Notes under the pieces: generated by a model
Databases searched by the model: none
The model's input: only the letters and a program-made list of their open reading frames with translations
Told to the model about the DNA's origin: nothing
Origin: Octopus bimaculoides
Taxonomy: Eukaryota
Direction of reading: 5' to 3'
NCBI RefSeq assembly: GCF_001194135.2
Contig: NC_068983.1
Span: 24,200,443 to 24,264,442, forward strand
Length of the DNA: 64,000 nucleotides
Program-made: the position numbers and the translations under genes
Shown here: piece by piece, positions 13,832 to 28,450 of the stretch
How the letters are laid out: every line of letters begins with the position of its first letter
How positions within the stretch are numbered: position 1 is the first letter of the stretch

Positions 13832-13836
13832 GATGA
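13746..13836. repeat. (AAT)n/(GAT)n microsatellite
   Basis: Direct reading. Confidence 0.95.
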
Positions 13837-14168
13837 NNNNNNNNNNTGATGATGATAAAGAAAAAGGGAAGAATTAAGAAATTATCATTCAATATGAAAA
13901 GCAAAAAAAAAAAAAAAAAGAGAAAAAAGAAAAAATTGAGAAAGAAAGGTAGCCTGAAGAAGCAAGACAGATCGTAAGAGAATGCAAAGGAAATGGTAAA
14001 AATGCAGAATGTATACATATACACATGCATACGTTCATATATATTATATATATATATTGTAAAACCATGGTAGGTGGCTGTTGTTGTTGTTGTTGCCGAG
14101 GTGGTTACTGTTGTTACCGTTGTGGTGGTTGCGAAGGCCCAATCAACAGCGTCATGTATATAATATAT

Positions 14169-14217
<49 letters not shown>

Positions 14218-14689
14218 NNNNNNNNNNNNNNNNNNNNNNNNNNNNNNNNNNNNNNNNNNNNNNNNNNNNNNNNNNNNNNNNNNNNNNNNNNNNNNNNNNN
14301 NNNNNNNNNNNNNNNNNNNNNNNNNNNNNNNNNNNNNNNNNNNNNNNNNNNNNNNNNNNNNNNNNNNNNNNNNNNNNNNNNNNNNNNNNNNNNNNNNNNN
14401 NNNNNNNNNNNNNNNNNNNNNNNNNNNNNNNNNNNNNNNNNNNNNNNNNNNNNNNNNNNNNNNNNNNNNNNNNNNNNNNNNNNNNNNNNNNNNNNNNNNN
14501 NNNNNNNNNNNNNNNNNNNNNNNNNNNNNNNNNNNNNNNNNNNNNNNNNNNNNNNNNNNNNNNNNNNNNNNNNNNNNNNNNNNNNNNNNNNNNNNNNNNN
14601 NNNNNNNNNNNNNNNNNNNNNNNNNNNNNNNNNNNNNNNNNNNNNNNNNNNNNNNNNNNNNNNNNNNNNNNNNNNNNNNNNNNNNNNNN

Positions 14690-14772
<83 letters not shown>

Positions 14773-15119
14773 TAATCGAAGATTAATAAGTTTAATAGAA
14801 GTGAATGAAATCAGAGTTGTCTTAAAGCATTGTAGCCCTACCCACCGGCCAAAGTAATGCGCTGGGGCTTAAAGAATTTATAACGATAAACCACTGCATA
14901 TACAGATTAGCTTATGTCTCTAGATTCTGGGGCAGTCTTAGCAGCATTAGGGCCTCCACCTCAGGCAAAGAAATGCACAGGGATGTATATTTATTTATTG
15001 ACAAAACCATAATGTATTCATGTAAGCATTGAGTTCTTTAAACCGTGAGACATACTGTGACCACGAGTCTTAAAGACGGCACTGAATGAAAAAGAATTAA
15101 AAAAGAAAGAGGCATTAAC

Positions 15120-15480
15120 CTCTATCTTCAACTCGTTTTAGTCATTGGATTGCGGCCATGCCATGATGGGGTTTAATCGAACAAATCGACCTCAGTACCG
15201 ATTCTATCGCTACTTTGCTGAACGTCTAAGTTACGGGAACGTAAACAAACGAACACTGGTTGAGAAGTGGTGAGGACACGCACACATACAATATATTTGT
15301 GTGTGTGTGTGTGTGGGTGTGACAGGCTTCCACACAGTTTCTGTCTACCAAATCCATTCATAAGGCATTGGTCATCCCGGGGCTATAGTAGGAGACAGTT
15401 GCTTAAGATGCTGTGCAGTGGGACTGAACCTGAAACCAAGTGGTTACAAAGCGCGTTTCTTAATCACACAGTCAGGAACA
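15120..15480 (-). mobile_element. Diverged SINE family A copy
   Basis: Degenerate tail (GTCATTGGATTGCGGCCATG) and head (GCAGTGGGACTGAACC) in reverse orientation. Confidence 0.7.
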
Positions 15481-17069
15481 TAATGATAAAATGTAAATTG
15501 TGTTACTTTGTTTTTCGTTAATTGTCATTTTTACTCGTTAAACTTGTAAAGACTTATAGATTTTTGAACTTGGACAGTGATGGCGTTCATTTCTAGTTGA
15601 GAAAAACTTTTGTTTTGAATAACATGAAAGACGCGAGCGGTTGATGAGAGGAAAAACTGAAGAATATTAAATTGCAGCAAATGGCATAGTGGTAAAAGTA
15701 ATCGGACAAATAAAATTGCTTCTATCTTCCTTTACGTTCTAAGTTCGAATCCCACTGAGGTCAAGTTTGCCATTTATTCTTCCGCCTTGATTGAAATAAA
15801 GTATCAGTCAAATGTTATATTTCCATAATGCGTATATTGGATACGAATGGAATTTTATAGATTATTTTCAATAATTATTGTTCAGTATGTTGCCTGCCCT
15901 CACATATCCTCACAGGTGCATTTGTTTCCTTATAACTTTCTTTACAATACTTTTACTTGTTTCAGCCAGAGGCTGTGGCCATACCGAAGCACTGTCATTA
16001 ACTTTTTTTCTGTTGCAATGAAATTTTGCAACGATACGATTGGGATGAAACTTTAAAAAAAAAAAACTCATAATATATATATATAATAATAATTGGGATA
16101 AAATCCAAAATTACAGGTAAAAACTCAATTAAAATCAATTTATTAAAAATTAAAATTAAATTAAGCTTATATATATATAAGGATAAGATCATGATTTAAA
16201 ATACCGATCTTATCAGGTGGTCAGCATGGGAATAAAGACCTCAAAGGTAATAATTATTATAAAAATTATAATTATAATTTAGGGTATCTAAGAGATACCA
16301 CCATGCTTGAAATAGCAGTCAAACCTTGACTCTAAAACCACAATAAATGTTCATACAGTACCAGGAGAGAAGACAAAGGGACAAAATAAACTAAAAAAAT
16401 ACTGGATATATATATATATATATATATNNNNNNNNNNNNNNNNNNNNNNNNNNNNNNNNNNNNNNNNNNNNNNNNNNNNNNNNNNNNNNNNNNNNNNNNN
16501 NNNNNNNNNNNNNNNNNNNNNNNNNNNNNNNNNNNNNNNNNNNNNNNNNNNNNNNNNNNNNNNNNNNNNNNNNNNNNNNNNNNNNNNNNNNNNNNNNNNN
16601 NNNNNNNNNNNNNNNNNNNNNNNNNNNNNNNNNNNNNNNNNNNNNNNNNNNNNNNNNNNNNNNNNNNNNNNNNNNNNNNNNNNNNNNNNNNNNNNNNNNN
16701 NNNNNNNNNNNNNNNNNNNNNNNNNNNNNNNNNNNNNNNNNNNNNNNNNNNNNNNNNNNNNNNNNNNNNNNNNNNNNNNNNNNNNNNNNNNNNNNNNNNN
16801 NNNNNNNNNNNNNNNNNNNNNNNNNNNNNNNNNNNNNNNNNNNNNNNNNNNNNNNNNNNNNNNNNNNNNNNNNNNNNNNNNNNNNNNNNNNNNNNNNNTT
16901 TCGACTCAAAAAGGAAAGAAGTCTATATCTCAAACAATTAGCACATTGTTCAGGGCACACACACACTCGCAGAGGACGCAAACTAGCATAGCCGGACAAA
17001 ATGTTTAATGACATTTCGTCTGGCTTTACATTGTGAGTTCAAATGCCACCGATGTCGATCTTTGTTTAG

Positions 17070-17395
17070 GCGCAGGCGTGGCTGTGTTTTAAAAAGTTTC
17101 CCTCCCAACTACGTGGTACCTGAGCCTCTCCTCGGGCTGACCAAAACCTTAGACGGAAACTGAAAGGCGCCCGTCATATATATATGTATCTGTGCGTGTG
17201 TGTGTCTCTTTGTGTCTGTTTCCTCCCCAGCACACACTGTTTTGGTGTGGTTGCAGTTCGACAAAAATGACCGATAAAATAAGTACCAGGCTTAAGTATC
17301 ACAATAAGTAGTGGAGTCGAATCATTCAACTAAAAATTCTTCAAAGCAGTGCTCTGGCATGGGCGCAGTCTAGTGACTGAAACAAGTAAAAGGTA
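17070..17395 (+). mobile_element. Diverged SINE family A copy
   Basis: GGCGCAGGCGTGGCTGTG head, GGAAACTGAAAGGCGCCCGTC, tail GTGACTGAAACAAGTAAAAG. Confidence 0.7.
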
Positions 17396-18835
17396 AACGA
17401 TTCATACACACATATTTTGAATCTGACATTATTCTGATACATTGTTTATTATCAGCATTAAATTAGGAAGGCACGATAAAAAAAAAGTTAATGCTTAAGC
17501 CTACAAATCGAAAGTATTTTAAAATAAGATAGAAAACGAGAGAGAGAGAGAGAGAGAGAGGAAGAGAAATGAATGAATGATAAAGGGTGAGATGTATATA
17601 AAGAGAGAGAGAGAGAGGGGGGATTGACAGGTAGACAGACATAGGAGGGAGAGACAGAAAAAATTACATACGACGAAAGGAATGGTGTACATAAAGTTGA
17701 TAAAACCCAAGATAAGGAAGATAGATAGCTATATATCTATACATCTATCTATATGTGTGTGTGTGTGATAGAAGAGGGGAAATATTGTGTGCGTTCATAT
17801 GTACATGATTATGTCTGAAAGTGAGATAAAACGAAGAGAAAGAGAAGCGCAAGGGTGTAGAAAGGTAGAGATAAATTGATGATGATGATGATGATGATGA
17901 TGATGAGAGAGAGAGAGAGAAATAGAGAGAGAGAGAGAGATGGAGAGAGACACAGAGAGACACACACAAATGTGTGAAAGGACGAGAAATAAAAGAAAGT
18001 ATTGATACTAGATTGGGTTTTTGCGTGCCTGCGCATAAAGAATATATATATATATTTGTGTGTGTGTTTAAAAAAAATGTATATATATATATCTATATAT
18101 GCAGATAAGGTAGATAGGTAGGTAAGTAGGTATAAAAAGAAATAGATGAAAGTGAATAAAAACATAAACAAAGCAGAAAAGAAGAAAGAAAGAGTTATTC
18201 TCGTAACTATTCCAAAGGTCGAGATTTTTTTGTAGTTGGTTTTGAGAGGTTGACAGAGAAAAGCTTGAAAGACAGAGTGACGGAATGACGAGAGAGAGAG
18301 AGATAGATAGATAGAGAGAGAGAGAGAGAACAAGAACAAACTTATAAGTGAAATAGCAATAGAGAGAGAGAGAGAGAGAGAGAGAAACAAACAGGGAGGG
18401 GAGGGAGAAAGAAAGAAAAGAGAAAGTAACATCAGTGAGAGACAAAAAGATGTAATTATTTGAAACGGAGAGAGTTAACCGAGACAAGACTTGATATTTC
18501 ATTGAAAGAATTTCCCCTTGGTGTGAAGAAAGTACCAGCTGTGAGCAACACACAGACACACAAACACATATACAGACACACACACGTGTGTTTGTGTGTG
18601 TGTATGTGCGTGCGTTCGTGCGTGTGTGCATGTGGAGAAAAACGTTCACTTATGCATCTGCAAACGAGAAACTCCGAGTAGCAGCTCTCAGCTTCCAAAT
18701 AAATAATGCTATCCTACTATACCAAACATTATTGAGTATTATTTTTTTCCCGCTTAATTATATCTCACACCGGCATGTACCGTCAATATTATATATACGC
18801 GCACACACACATACATTTGTGTGTATGTATGTATG

Positions 18836-18875
<40 letters not shown>

Positions 18876-19129
18876 GATCTATATATATATAAGAATGAAT
18901 ACGTGTCTCATTGTATGTGTGTATGTGTGTGTGCGCTCCGCGCGCGCGTGTAAACAAATGTTTCGCTTTTCGTAATAATTTGAAGGATGGTAACTAGAAA
19001 CTTAAACTCAGAGTAACGACCTATAAAGTTTCAGCTGCCAATAAATTACAACCACCATCGCAATCACTCATACATATATACACTCGCATGCATACAAACA
19101 CACACATACACATATACATAGTGAAAGTG

Positions 19130-19133
19130 TGAG

Positions 19134-19170
<37 letters not shown>

Positions 19171-19226
19171 TATAGGTCGACAGACAGCTAGCTAGCTAGA
19201 TAGATAGATAGATAAATAGATAGATG

Positions 19227-19257
<31 letters not shown>

Positions 19258-19265
19258 GGGTGGAT
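19130..19265. repeat. (GATA)n microsatellite
   Basis: Direct reading. Confidence 0.95.
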
Positions 19266-19337
19266 ATATACATACACACATACATACATACATATAGGAA
19301 AAGATATAAATTGATAGAAAGATTGACAGTTATATAA

Positions 19338-19378
<41 letters not shown>

Positions 19379-22300
19379 GAGACTGACAGAGATATATGAA
19401 CGACACCTTCACCAAGTTGTAACAAGTTAAAGCGAGAGAGTAAATTCTATCACTTGGTTGTTAACCAACAGAACTCAAACCACAGCAACACTAAACAGCA
19501 GCAACAAAACACAGCAACCGTATCTTCAAAACAGACACCAACCAACTCCAACAGTCAAAAGAACGCTTACTAAAAGAAGGAAAAAAAAGAAGAAAAATCA
19601 GGCAAAGCACTACACCATAACTGCAGTTGCACACACCTCCGCCTTTTTTCTTCTTAGTAATTGCAATTAGTAAAAAGCAATTACCCACACACAATACTTC
19701 CACTAGAAAAGAATAATGAATAAGCATGAAAAAAAAAACAAAATGAAGTAATTACAAAACAGTCATATAAATAAAATAACTGTTTTTAATATAAGCGCAA
19801 GACTTGACATTTGAGGGGAGGAAAAGAGAGAAAGAGAAAGAGGAAGTTAGTCGATTAAATCGGCCCCGAATAGTTGATTGGTACTATTATTTTATCGATC
19901 CGATCTCTCTCTCTCTCCGGAAAAAGATGAAAGGCGAAGTTCATCTCGGCTGGAATTGAACTCAGACATGTGAAGTGGCGTGGTGTGCCGTCGCTAAAAA
20001 TAAATAAATAAATACCGCATGGTAATTCTTTTTTCCAACGCTCTAAGAACGATTCTTTACTATATTACAAAACTCAGAGAAATACGAAACACAAAATTAA
20101 ATAAATAAAATAAAAATAAAGACCAAACGCCAATAATATCAGCCAGCAGCAGCAGCAGCAACAATAACAACAACAATAACACGAGCATTAGCAACAACAT
20201 CACAACACAACAAACCAGCCTACAACAGTAACAACATCAATAACCTTATAACATCACCACCACAACCACCACCACTCTCATTACTACGGCTACCACTGTT
20301 GCTTCACAACCGGACATTACTCTCAACTTTTACTTTGATTTCTTAGGAATATCTCCCTCCTCTCATTCTTTTCACTTTTATTTATGTATTTCATTTTCCC
20401 CCTACTATTTTCAATTTTCATTTTATCTGTTAAGCGAGAAACCAGGAACTTATCTATCAACATCGGCTGGATTGAACGGGCTTTTTACTTACCAATTGAA
20501 AGGATTATTGCTATATTATAATTTAATATTAATTTAATTGTTAAGAATATTGCACACACACACACACACTATACACACGTACACTATATATATATGTATA
20601 TATAGGTACACCCACATACACACACACACTCGTATATACACGCACATACGTATACACTAACAACAGCTTCCTCCTTACACATTTAACCCTCCCTCACTCA
20701 TACAAACGCACACACACACACACATACACACACACGCTCGCTCACATACATACGAATACATAGATCCATACACACACACACACACACAAATTCGTAAATA
20801 CATACACACACACATATATGTTTTTATATTCATTCTATGTGCTAAACATTGGAGACTATCTACGACGATGATGAACCGGTGCAAAGACACCAAGATACCC
20901 CCCCAGAGGGGTGAAAAGGGGTAAGAATAACAATTTTGTTTGCTTCTATGTTGGTTGGTCTTGTGTTTGGAAGCGTGTTGGTTCCTGTAAAACAGCTCAC
21001 AGAACGCTGTTTCGGGTGGGTTTTGCTAGTATATGGCTACTCATGTGCTATGTATGGGGCGTACATATAGATTTTATTACACACACGCACACCTATATAT
21101 ATGTATATATATATATAGCCATATACACACACATAGATGTATATGTGTAAATATACGCGCATACTATTGTAAACGTATGCATACTCTGTTACACACGCAC
21201 GCACACACGATATATATACACACACACACAGACACACACTATCGTACGAATACATACATACTGTCACACAAGCTCACACATACATATCCTACCACATACA
21301 CATACATACTCTGTCGTACGCACACATGCAGATTGTCAAACACACACACACACTATCGTGCATACTCCATCGCACATATGTATACATATNNNNNNNNNNN
21401 NNNNNNNNNNNNNNNNNNNNNNNNNNNNNNNNNNNNNNNNNNNNNNNNNNNNNNNNNNNNNNNNNNNNNNNNNNNNNNNNNNNNNNNNNNNNNNNNNNNN
21501 NNNNNNNNNNNNNNNNNNNNNNNNNNNNNNNNNNNNNNNNNNNNNNNNNNNNNNNNNNNNNNNNNNNNNNNNNNNNNNNNNNNNNNNNNNNNNNNNNNNN
21601 NNNNNNNNNNNNNNNNNNNNNNNNNNNNNNNNNNNNNNNNNNNNNNNNNNNNNNNNNNNNNNNNNNNACATTTAAAAAGTAACCCTAAAACAACTGATTT
21701 CCGTCAATTTCGTTGAAGGGTATTCTAGTTCGGGCTCGAATGACCGAGCATTGCACAGATACGCGAATCCATAATTTAAATTGCCTGGTAAAATCAGTGA
21801 TACAATGTAGGGAAGCCGGTCCCTTTGGATTATATAGTCCAGCCACACAGCTTTCCACACAAATTCCGCCCACCCAGTTTCACTCGGAGTTTTTGGGAGA
21901 GACACTTTCCAGAAATGTCATAGTAGGAATCGAACACGAGACGGACTGCTTGTGAAGCGGATGTCTTAACCATTGGCTAGAGCACGCTTACTATGTAATG
22001 TGAGCACGTACACTGTTTAGGACCCAAGTGAGCCCTTGTCATGCGAATCTTTTGATCTAACGTTTCAGCGAGTCAACTTGTCTTTAGTACATCTCGGAGT
22101 ATTATGTACAATATTTCCTTTCCTTTTTGGTGACTATAGTGGGATTTCATGCAGATTTAGCGGCTATTTCTAGCACGCCGCGCTACTAAATAAAGGCACC
22201 CTTCGATGGTTTTGTCATAGGTATTCGAAGCATGTTTGAAAGATTTTCATCGTGTTTAGTGGAGAGACGTCTGAATGAACACATGTACATGCTAATATAT

Positions 22301-23035
22301 ACAAGTAAAAAAAGAGTAAATAATGCCAAACGCCTTATACTTTGGGACATAGATGGGTTTTAGTCGATATAATCGACCCCCAATATCTGACTGGAGTACA
22401 GAAGGATGAGAAGCGAAGTCGAATCGCCAGTTAAAATAACAACCGAAGAGGGAACATCTGGGCCTACGCCCGCTCTATTAAAAATACCCTATCATTTTAA
22501 GGAAGTACACCTTCAATAATAGCTTGAAAGAATTTCTCGGGCTGGAACGCCTTTAATCATTGGTCAGCTTGATGTGAGAGCTGGCCTGTGGTTAAATACG
22601 AACAAATAGTAACTACATCGCTTGTATACGTACGTGTATTATATGTGTATGTGTGGGTTTTTGTTGTTGTTGTTGTTTTTCGTGTACCACAAATAAATAC
22701 AACGCACGCGCAGACACGGAACATGCAAAAAGAAAAAATAAGGTCATCAGCTGTTTAAATGACCTGGATGAATTAATGCATATGTGTGTGTTTGTGTACT
22801 TAATACAATACATATATATATATATATATGTTTGTGTTTATAACCCACCACCACCATCACCGCTTGGTCACCCGGTGCTGGTTTGTTTACGTCCCCTTAA
22901 CGTAGCGGTTCGGCGACACAGACCGATAGAAGAAACGTTAGGTTTCAAAATAAGTTCTAGGGTTGATTTGTTTACTAAACTCTTCAAGGCAGTGTCCCCG
23001 TACGGTCGCAATCCAATGACTGGAACTAAAATACA

Positions 23036-23068
<33 letters not shown>

Positions 23069-23081
23069 TACATACAGAGCA

Positions 23082-23113
<32 letters not shown>

Positions 23114-23403
23114 ATTTGTGTGTGTTTTATACAGTGTATAATGTGTACAAATTCCAAAGTCCCATCACTTCTGGTTTAAAGTCAATAGGGGCACATTCTT
23201 TATCAGCCTAAACTTGGTACATCCGTCCATCCATATATATATATATATTTATTCGTTGTTCGTTTTACATTTCGGCGTCTTTCCTATAAATTTAGTCGTG
23301 TGTGCCAACTCTAGTTATTTTCTTCCTTTCTCCTCTCTTCATCTCTGTGTCGTGTTCATTCAACACCTTGTCAGGCGTGAAGTCATAGTTTACAGGTGTG
23401 AAA

Positions 23404-23472
23404 GTGAGGTGGCCGAATGGATAAGTTACTGGACGATATACTGTTTAGCTATAGGATACAGGTTCGAGTGCA
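23404..23472 (+). pseudogene. tRNA-like remnant (Ser-like spacing) or SINE head
   Basis: A-box TGGCCGAATGG at 23410 and B-box GGTTCGAGTGC at 23461; no convincing acceptor stem. Confidence 0.3.
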
Positions 23473-25565
23473 AAGTGCAGGCGTTTCGTTTTGTTTCCGT
23501 ACAGACAACTTCAGTTTACATTGCCTCTGTTGACTTAGTTACCTATGTGATGATATGCCGACGTCGTCGCCAAAGGGAAAACAGTGGAGTTTTGGAATAG
23601 TTCTCCTTCAAAGTTCCATACCTCATGGACTATGAAGAGTAGAATTTTTTTCTTTCATTTTTCAGTGTCCCTGTATTTCATAGAACAGACATTACTATTC
23701 CGAAAAAAATTATTTCTACTATTTAAGAAACAAAAGATTATATTTTTCTTCCTCACCCCAACTTCTGTACCTCTTTTCTTTCCCATGAGCTATGGAAATC
23801 TGAATATCAGCTATTACAGTATTCCACCTGGAGAAATTTATTTTGTTTTCTTTCCTCTTAGAAAAACAGAGAGCCTCTATCCAGCTGCTCGACTGTCTAG
23901 AAATAGTAGCTAAGTATCTCTAAAATCACACTCTGTTGTCACCTGCGTGAGAAGTATTTTACATATGCAGTCCTACATATATTGCTTTAGAAAATAAAGG
24001 GAAATACGTAAGACTAAACAACGGTGCAAACCAGACCCAAAAGCCTTTTCCGGGGAAGAAATTTACAAATTTGAGCCCCAACAAGTGTTTGCCAACCTCC
24101 ACTTCTCCGCGATCACCTTCTTATTTCACATTTTGAAGTATCTCGTTTGTCTATATAACACCTTACCTACTCTGTCTATTCTTATCTTACGCATGTTTTC
24201 TTTATCGTTTTCACCTATGTGAACATGCCTCGACTTGTCTTGGCTGGATATCACGAAACTAGTCACAATCTTAAAACATTAACACTTCCTGAAACACACG
24301 AAACGATATCATCATGATATCAAAACAATATATTCTCACTAAACACCAAAACTGCTTTGTGTCACGTCAAGCGGATATGCGATTCTCTTCCTGGATAAAT
24401 ATGTCAATAATATAATAACAGGCAACAAACCCAAAATAGTATTAGGTGAACTGGGACACAGAGAATTTAGAATTAGGTGGTAGATTAGCAGAAACTTTAG
24501 TGTTAGGCGACATGCCTGTTGCATTCAGTTTAAGGTCCTTTTATGTTCTGAGTTCAAATTCTGCTGAATGCACGTTTACCTTCCATCTGACAGATTCAGT
24601 AAAAATATTCCTATAAAGCATTTTAGATCTTGCCTCCGTTAGTTTACGTGTAAGCAGACAAACCAACACCGGTTGTCAAAACTATTTGCATGTATATATG
24701 TATACAACGGGCTTTTTTCAGTTTCCGTCTACCAAATCCACTCATAAGGATTTAGTCAGCCTGGGACTATGACAGAAGACACTTGCCCAAGGTGTCACGC
24801 TGTGGGACTGATCCTGGAACTACATGGTTGGGAAGCAAACTTCTTACCACACAGCCACACCAGGAATTTATATACAAAAGGGGAAAAAAAAACTTTGTAT
24901 AGTGGGAAATTGTACAATGCATACAGGAACACAAGAGAACGCAAAAGAATAGGAAACAATAATTCGTTGTGGTATACATATCTTATTCAGCAATTTCGTT
25001 CTCTCTCCATGAAGACATATATACACATATATATAAATATATATCTTTTATTTTGTTTTAGTCATTAGACTGCGGCCATACTGGAGCACCACTTTGAAGA
25101 AATTTAGCTGAAAGTATCAACTTCAGTAGTTATTTGGGTAAATTTTGGGAAGTACACACGCACGCGTTTCACTAAGAAAAAAAAAAAAACTCTCGGGTTT
25201 TTTGTGTTCAATCATTTGTTAAACCCCAGTACTTATTCCATCGGTATATTTTGCCGAACCGCTCAGTTACGGGGACGTAGACACACCAACACAGCTTGTC
25301 AAACGGTGGTGGGGGACAAACACACGTTATATATNNNNNNNNNNNNNNNNNNNNNNNNNNNNNNNNNNNNNNNNNNNNNNNNNNNNNNNNNNNNNNNNNN
25401 NNNNNNNNNNNNNNNNNNNNNNNNNNNNNNNNNNNNNNNNNNNNNNNNNNNNNNNNNNNNNNNNNNNNNNNNNNNNNNNNNNNNNNNNNNNNNNNNNNNN
25501 NNNNNNNNNNNNNNNNNNNNNTATATATTGTGTTTGTTCCCACCACCGTTTGACAAACGTGTATA

Positions 25566-25612
<47 letters not shown>

Positions 25613-26141
25613 ATGTATAAATATATAGATGGCGGGTTTCTTTCAGTTTCCGTCTAACAAATACACTCACGAGGCTATAGATAATTGCCCAAATGCCACA
25701 CAGTGTGACTGAACCCGGAACTATGTAGATAAAAAAGCAAACCTCTTACCACTCTTCCACGTATTGTGGTTCAGAAGCTCGCTTTGCAAACCATGTGTCT
25801 CGAGTTCATTGACTGCTCGGGGCTAGGCTTTTCTACTGTAGCCTCGGACCAACTAATGCCTTGTGGGTGAATTTGGTTGTCGGAGACAATGCGGAAGCCT
25901 GACGTGTATGCGTGCAATACGTCTGTGTGTGCGTGCGCAATATAATATACATGGGCAAAATATAGACAAAGGTAAGGCGCGATGGTGTGCACGTGCTTTA
26001 CCTTCGCCCAATATATAGTACTCTGTTTATAATTTTGTCCACGTTTATTTTGCAACGTACTGTACCCAGATATACATCTATATATACATGTAGATGTAGG
26101 CATGTACATACATGTACGTATATANNNNNNNNNNTAAAGTA

Positions 26142-27520
26142 GTATACAGGGTGCAAGACATATTCGAGGGTGCATTTTGTAATTTATTGAAACAACTGTT
26201 GTCTTGCATAAACCAAATGTATTTTAATAAACATTTATGCTTATGTTCCCGATAAGCTGTTTTATAAGATTATTCTATGAATCCGCCTTCAGTTTCGACG
26301 ACTGCTTCAGTTACAAGACTGCAATCGTTGACATGCGTGCACTAAATGATCCTGATTCATTTCGTGCATCACCTAGACAATGGCAGCTTTTAGTAAATTC
26401 GTGGGACTGTGAGGACGTTGATATGCCTCCTTTCCAACAAACCTTCCAAGCGTAGTAAGTCCATGGGACTTTTAAATTGGCGAGTTTGGAGAGCACGAGC
26501 TTGGTGTTTACATGATCGTAAACGTTGTGTGACTTCCAGTCTTGGGTTATGCGGGTTTTGTGAGAAAGGTGTTGAATCTTGTTGAAACACATATTGCTTT
26601 CCACTGCATACTTGTTGAAACACATATCGCTTGTTGAAACATATATTGCTTTCCCCTGCATACTTGATTCATCTAGGATTAAACAACTGTCACCAGCACC
26701 TCAACGTATCCACTAGCATTAATTCTAAGACCCCGTGGAAAGATTTTAAGCGGCATGACATGACCTTCGTATTTGAGGACGCATTTGGTGATTTATTAAA
26801 ACAACTCTTGTCTTGCCTAAACTAAATTTATCTTAATAAGCATTTGTACTTATGTTCCCGGTAAACGTGAATTCTAAACCATCACAGTTGCTGGAAACTT
26901 AGTATGCATCACTTTGGGGACATGAAAAGGATATGCACATAACCGTCTATTATTTCTCCCGTTAGACTTTTGGCTTTGTCAAAGTTTTTCCCATCAAAGA
27001 AGCAAAACATACCATGTCCATGAGGATTTTAACCTTGTTAAATAAACTGCATGGTACAGATCAAACGCTTTACCTGTGTCTTTGCAGACGTGAATTTTCC
27101 TATTCTCATTGCAAACAATTTGTATTGAATGTCCTCATCCACCACAGCTATGATCGTCTACTTTGACACCTGAAATTCTTTAGCAATGACCGTCATCGGT
27201 TTTTTAGAAGGCCCATCGATAATGTTTTGAACTCGTTGGATGAATTGCTTTGTGCTTATATTGTCCGAATGTTTAGAGTATACTGTTCCGTTTGATACAG
27301 TTGAAACATTTCTGGCAGACGCTTCCATCTCCATCCAAACTTTGTGTTCAAAAGATCTTACATTTAGAAAGTTGGCAATTTCTGAATTGCCGTGTTTGGC
27401 AAAAATGATCAATGACAGCATGTCTTTTCATTTCTTGTGTTAGCATTTGAGGTGTTGTCAGCAATTACTCTTAAGTCACTGATATCGTTAAATATCACAA
27501 ATGGTTCTCCTGAAAAAAGA
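26142..27520 (-). mobile_element. Decayed, rearranged Tc1/mariner of maT (DD37D)-like type
   Basis: Terminus TACAGGGTG at about 26143; minus translations SEIANFLNVRSF, VMHTKFPATVMV, EGHVMP, YVFQQDSTP resemble maT transposases; many stops and frameshifts. Confidence 0.75.
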
Positions 27521-27654
27521 GAGTTTAATTGTTTAAGCACATTCTCTATTCCAAAGTGCCTGAGTTCAAATTCACCTTCAATTAGCAGCAGTTTTTCTTT
27601 CTTTTTTTTCTTTTTGTCTATCCATTGACCTATACCATGTAGATCAAACTGGAG

Positions 27655-28450
27655 ATTTGTTTGACCACCTCGCCATTTTTAATTTTGTTAATCTTTATGT
27701 CATCTGCAAAAATTTTAATTTTGCTTGCTTGATAACATCTGAGATGTCATTTATATAGACTATGAAAAGACGTTGGCCCAATACAGTCCCCTGGGGTATA
27801 CCACTGGTGAGTTTTGCTGAGCTTGAGTAGATACCATCAGTTACACCATGTTGGGCTCTATTCAAAAGAAAATACTTGAACTAGTGCAACAGCTTTTTGT
27901 AGATTCCAAAATTGGTTAGTTTTAAAAGCAAGATGTTGCTGACAATGTCAAAGACTTTGATGAAATCAAGATATACAACATCAGTGTTTGAGCCTTCTTC
28001 CAAAGCTTTAAGGATGCCATCTAAATGATGTAGAAACTAAATAAAAAAGCAGTATCTGCCACAACAAATGCTATGCTGGTAGGACTCTTGGAAATTGTTG
28101 CTCTCCAGGAAGCCAGTTATTCTTGGTCTTACTATCCTTTCAAATTCTTTGATGATATGAGGAGTGAGATTGGGTGATAGTTAACTGCTAGTGACCTGTT
28201 TCCGTTTTTTGAAGAGTGGGATAACAGATTGGAAAATGAAATGAATTTTAGTATAGAGCCTGTGCCTTGCAATTTTCTCCAGAGATTGGCTAGAAGGAAT
28301 GCAAACTGGTGTTTGCATTCCACCAGAACTTTATTAGAAAAATCTATCAAGGCTTACTGCAGACGTTTGATTTTGTTTATTACTGCAATGATGTCCAAGA
28401 CATTGAAAATTATGTTGATGATGTGTTAGGGGTTGACTTCATTCAAATAG
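27655..28450 (-). mobile_element. Decayed CR1/Jockey-group LINE reverse transcriptase fragment
   Basis: Minus translations NYHPISL, DVVYLDFIKVFD, TSGIPQGTVLGP and IKIFADDIK in correct RT motif order. Confidence 0.85.

Noticed and set aside
20140-20300. CAG/CAA/CAC-rich stretch as a polyQ/T coding exon
   Set aside because: No splice boundaries or sustained reading frame; low-complexity sequence
21895-21990. tRNA-like A/B boxes on the minus strand
   Set aside because: Degenerate and followed by a family A-like body; a SINE head remnant
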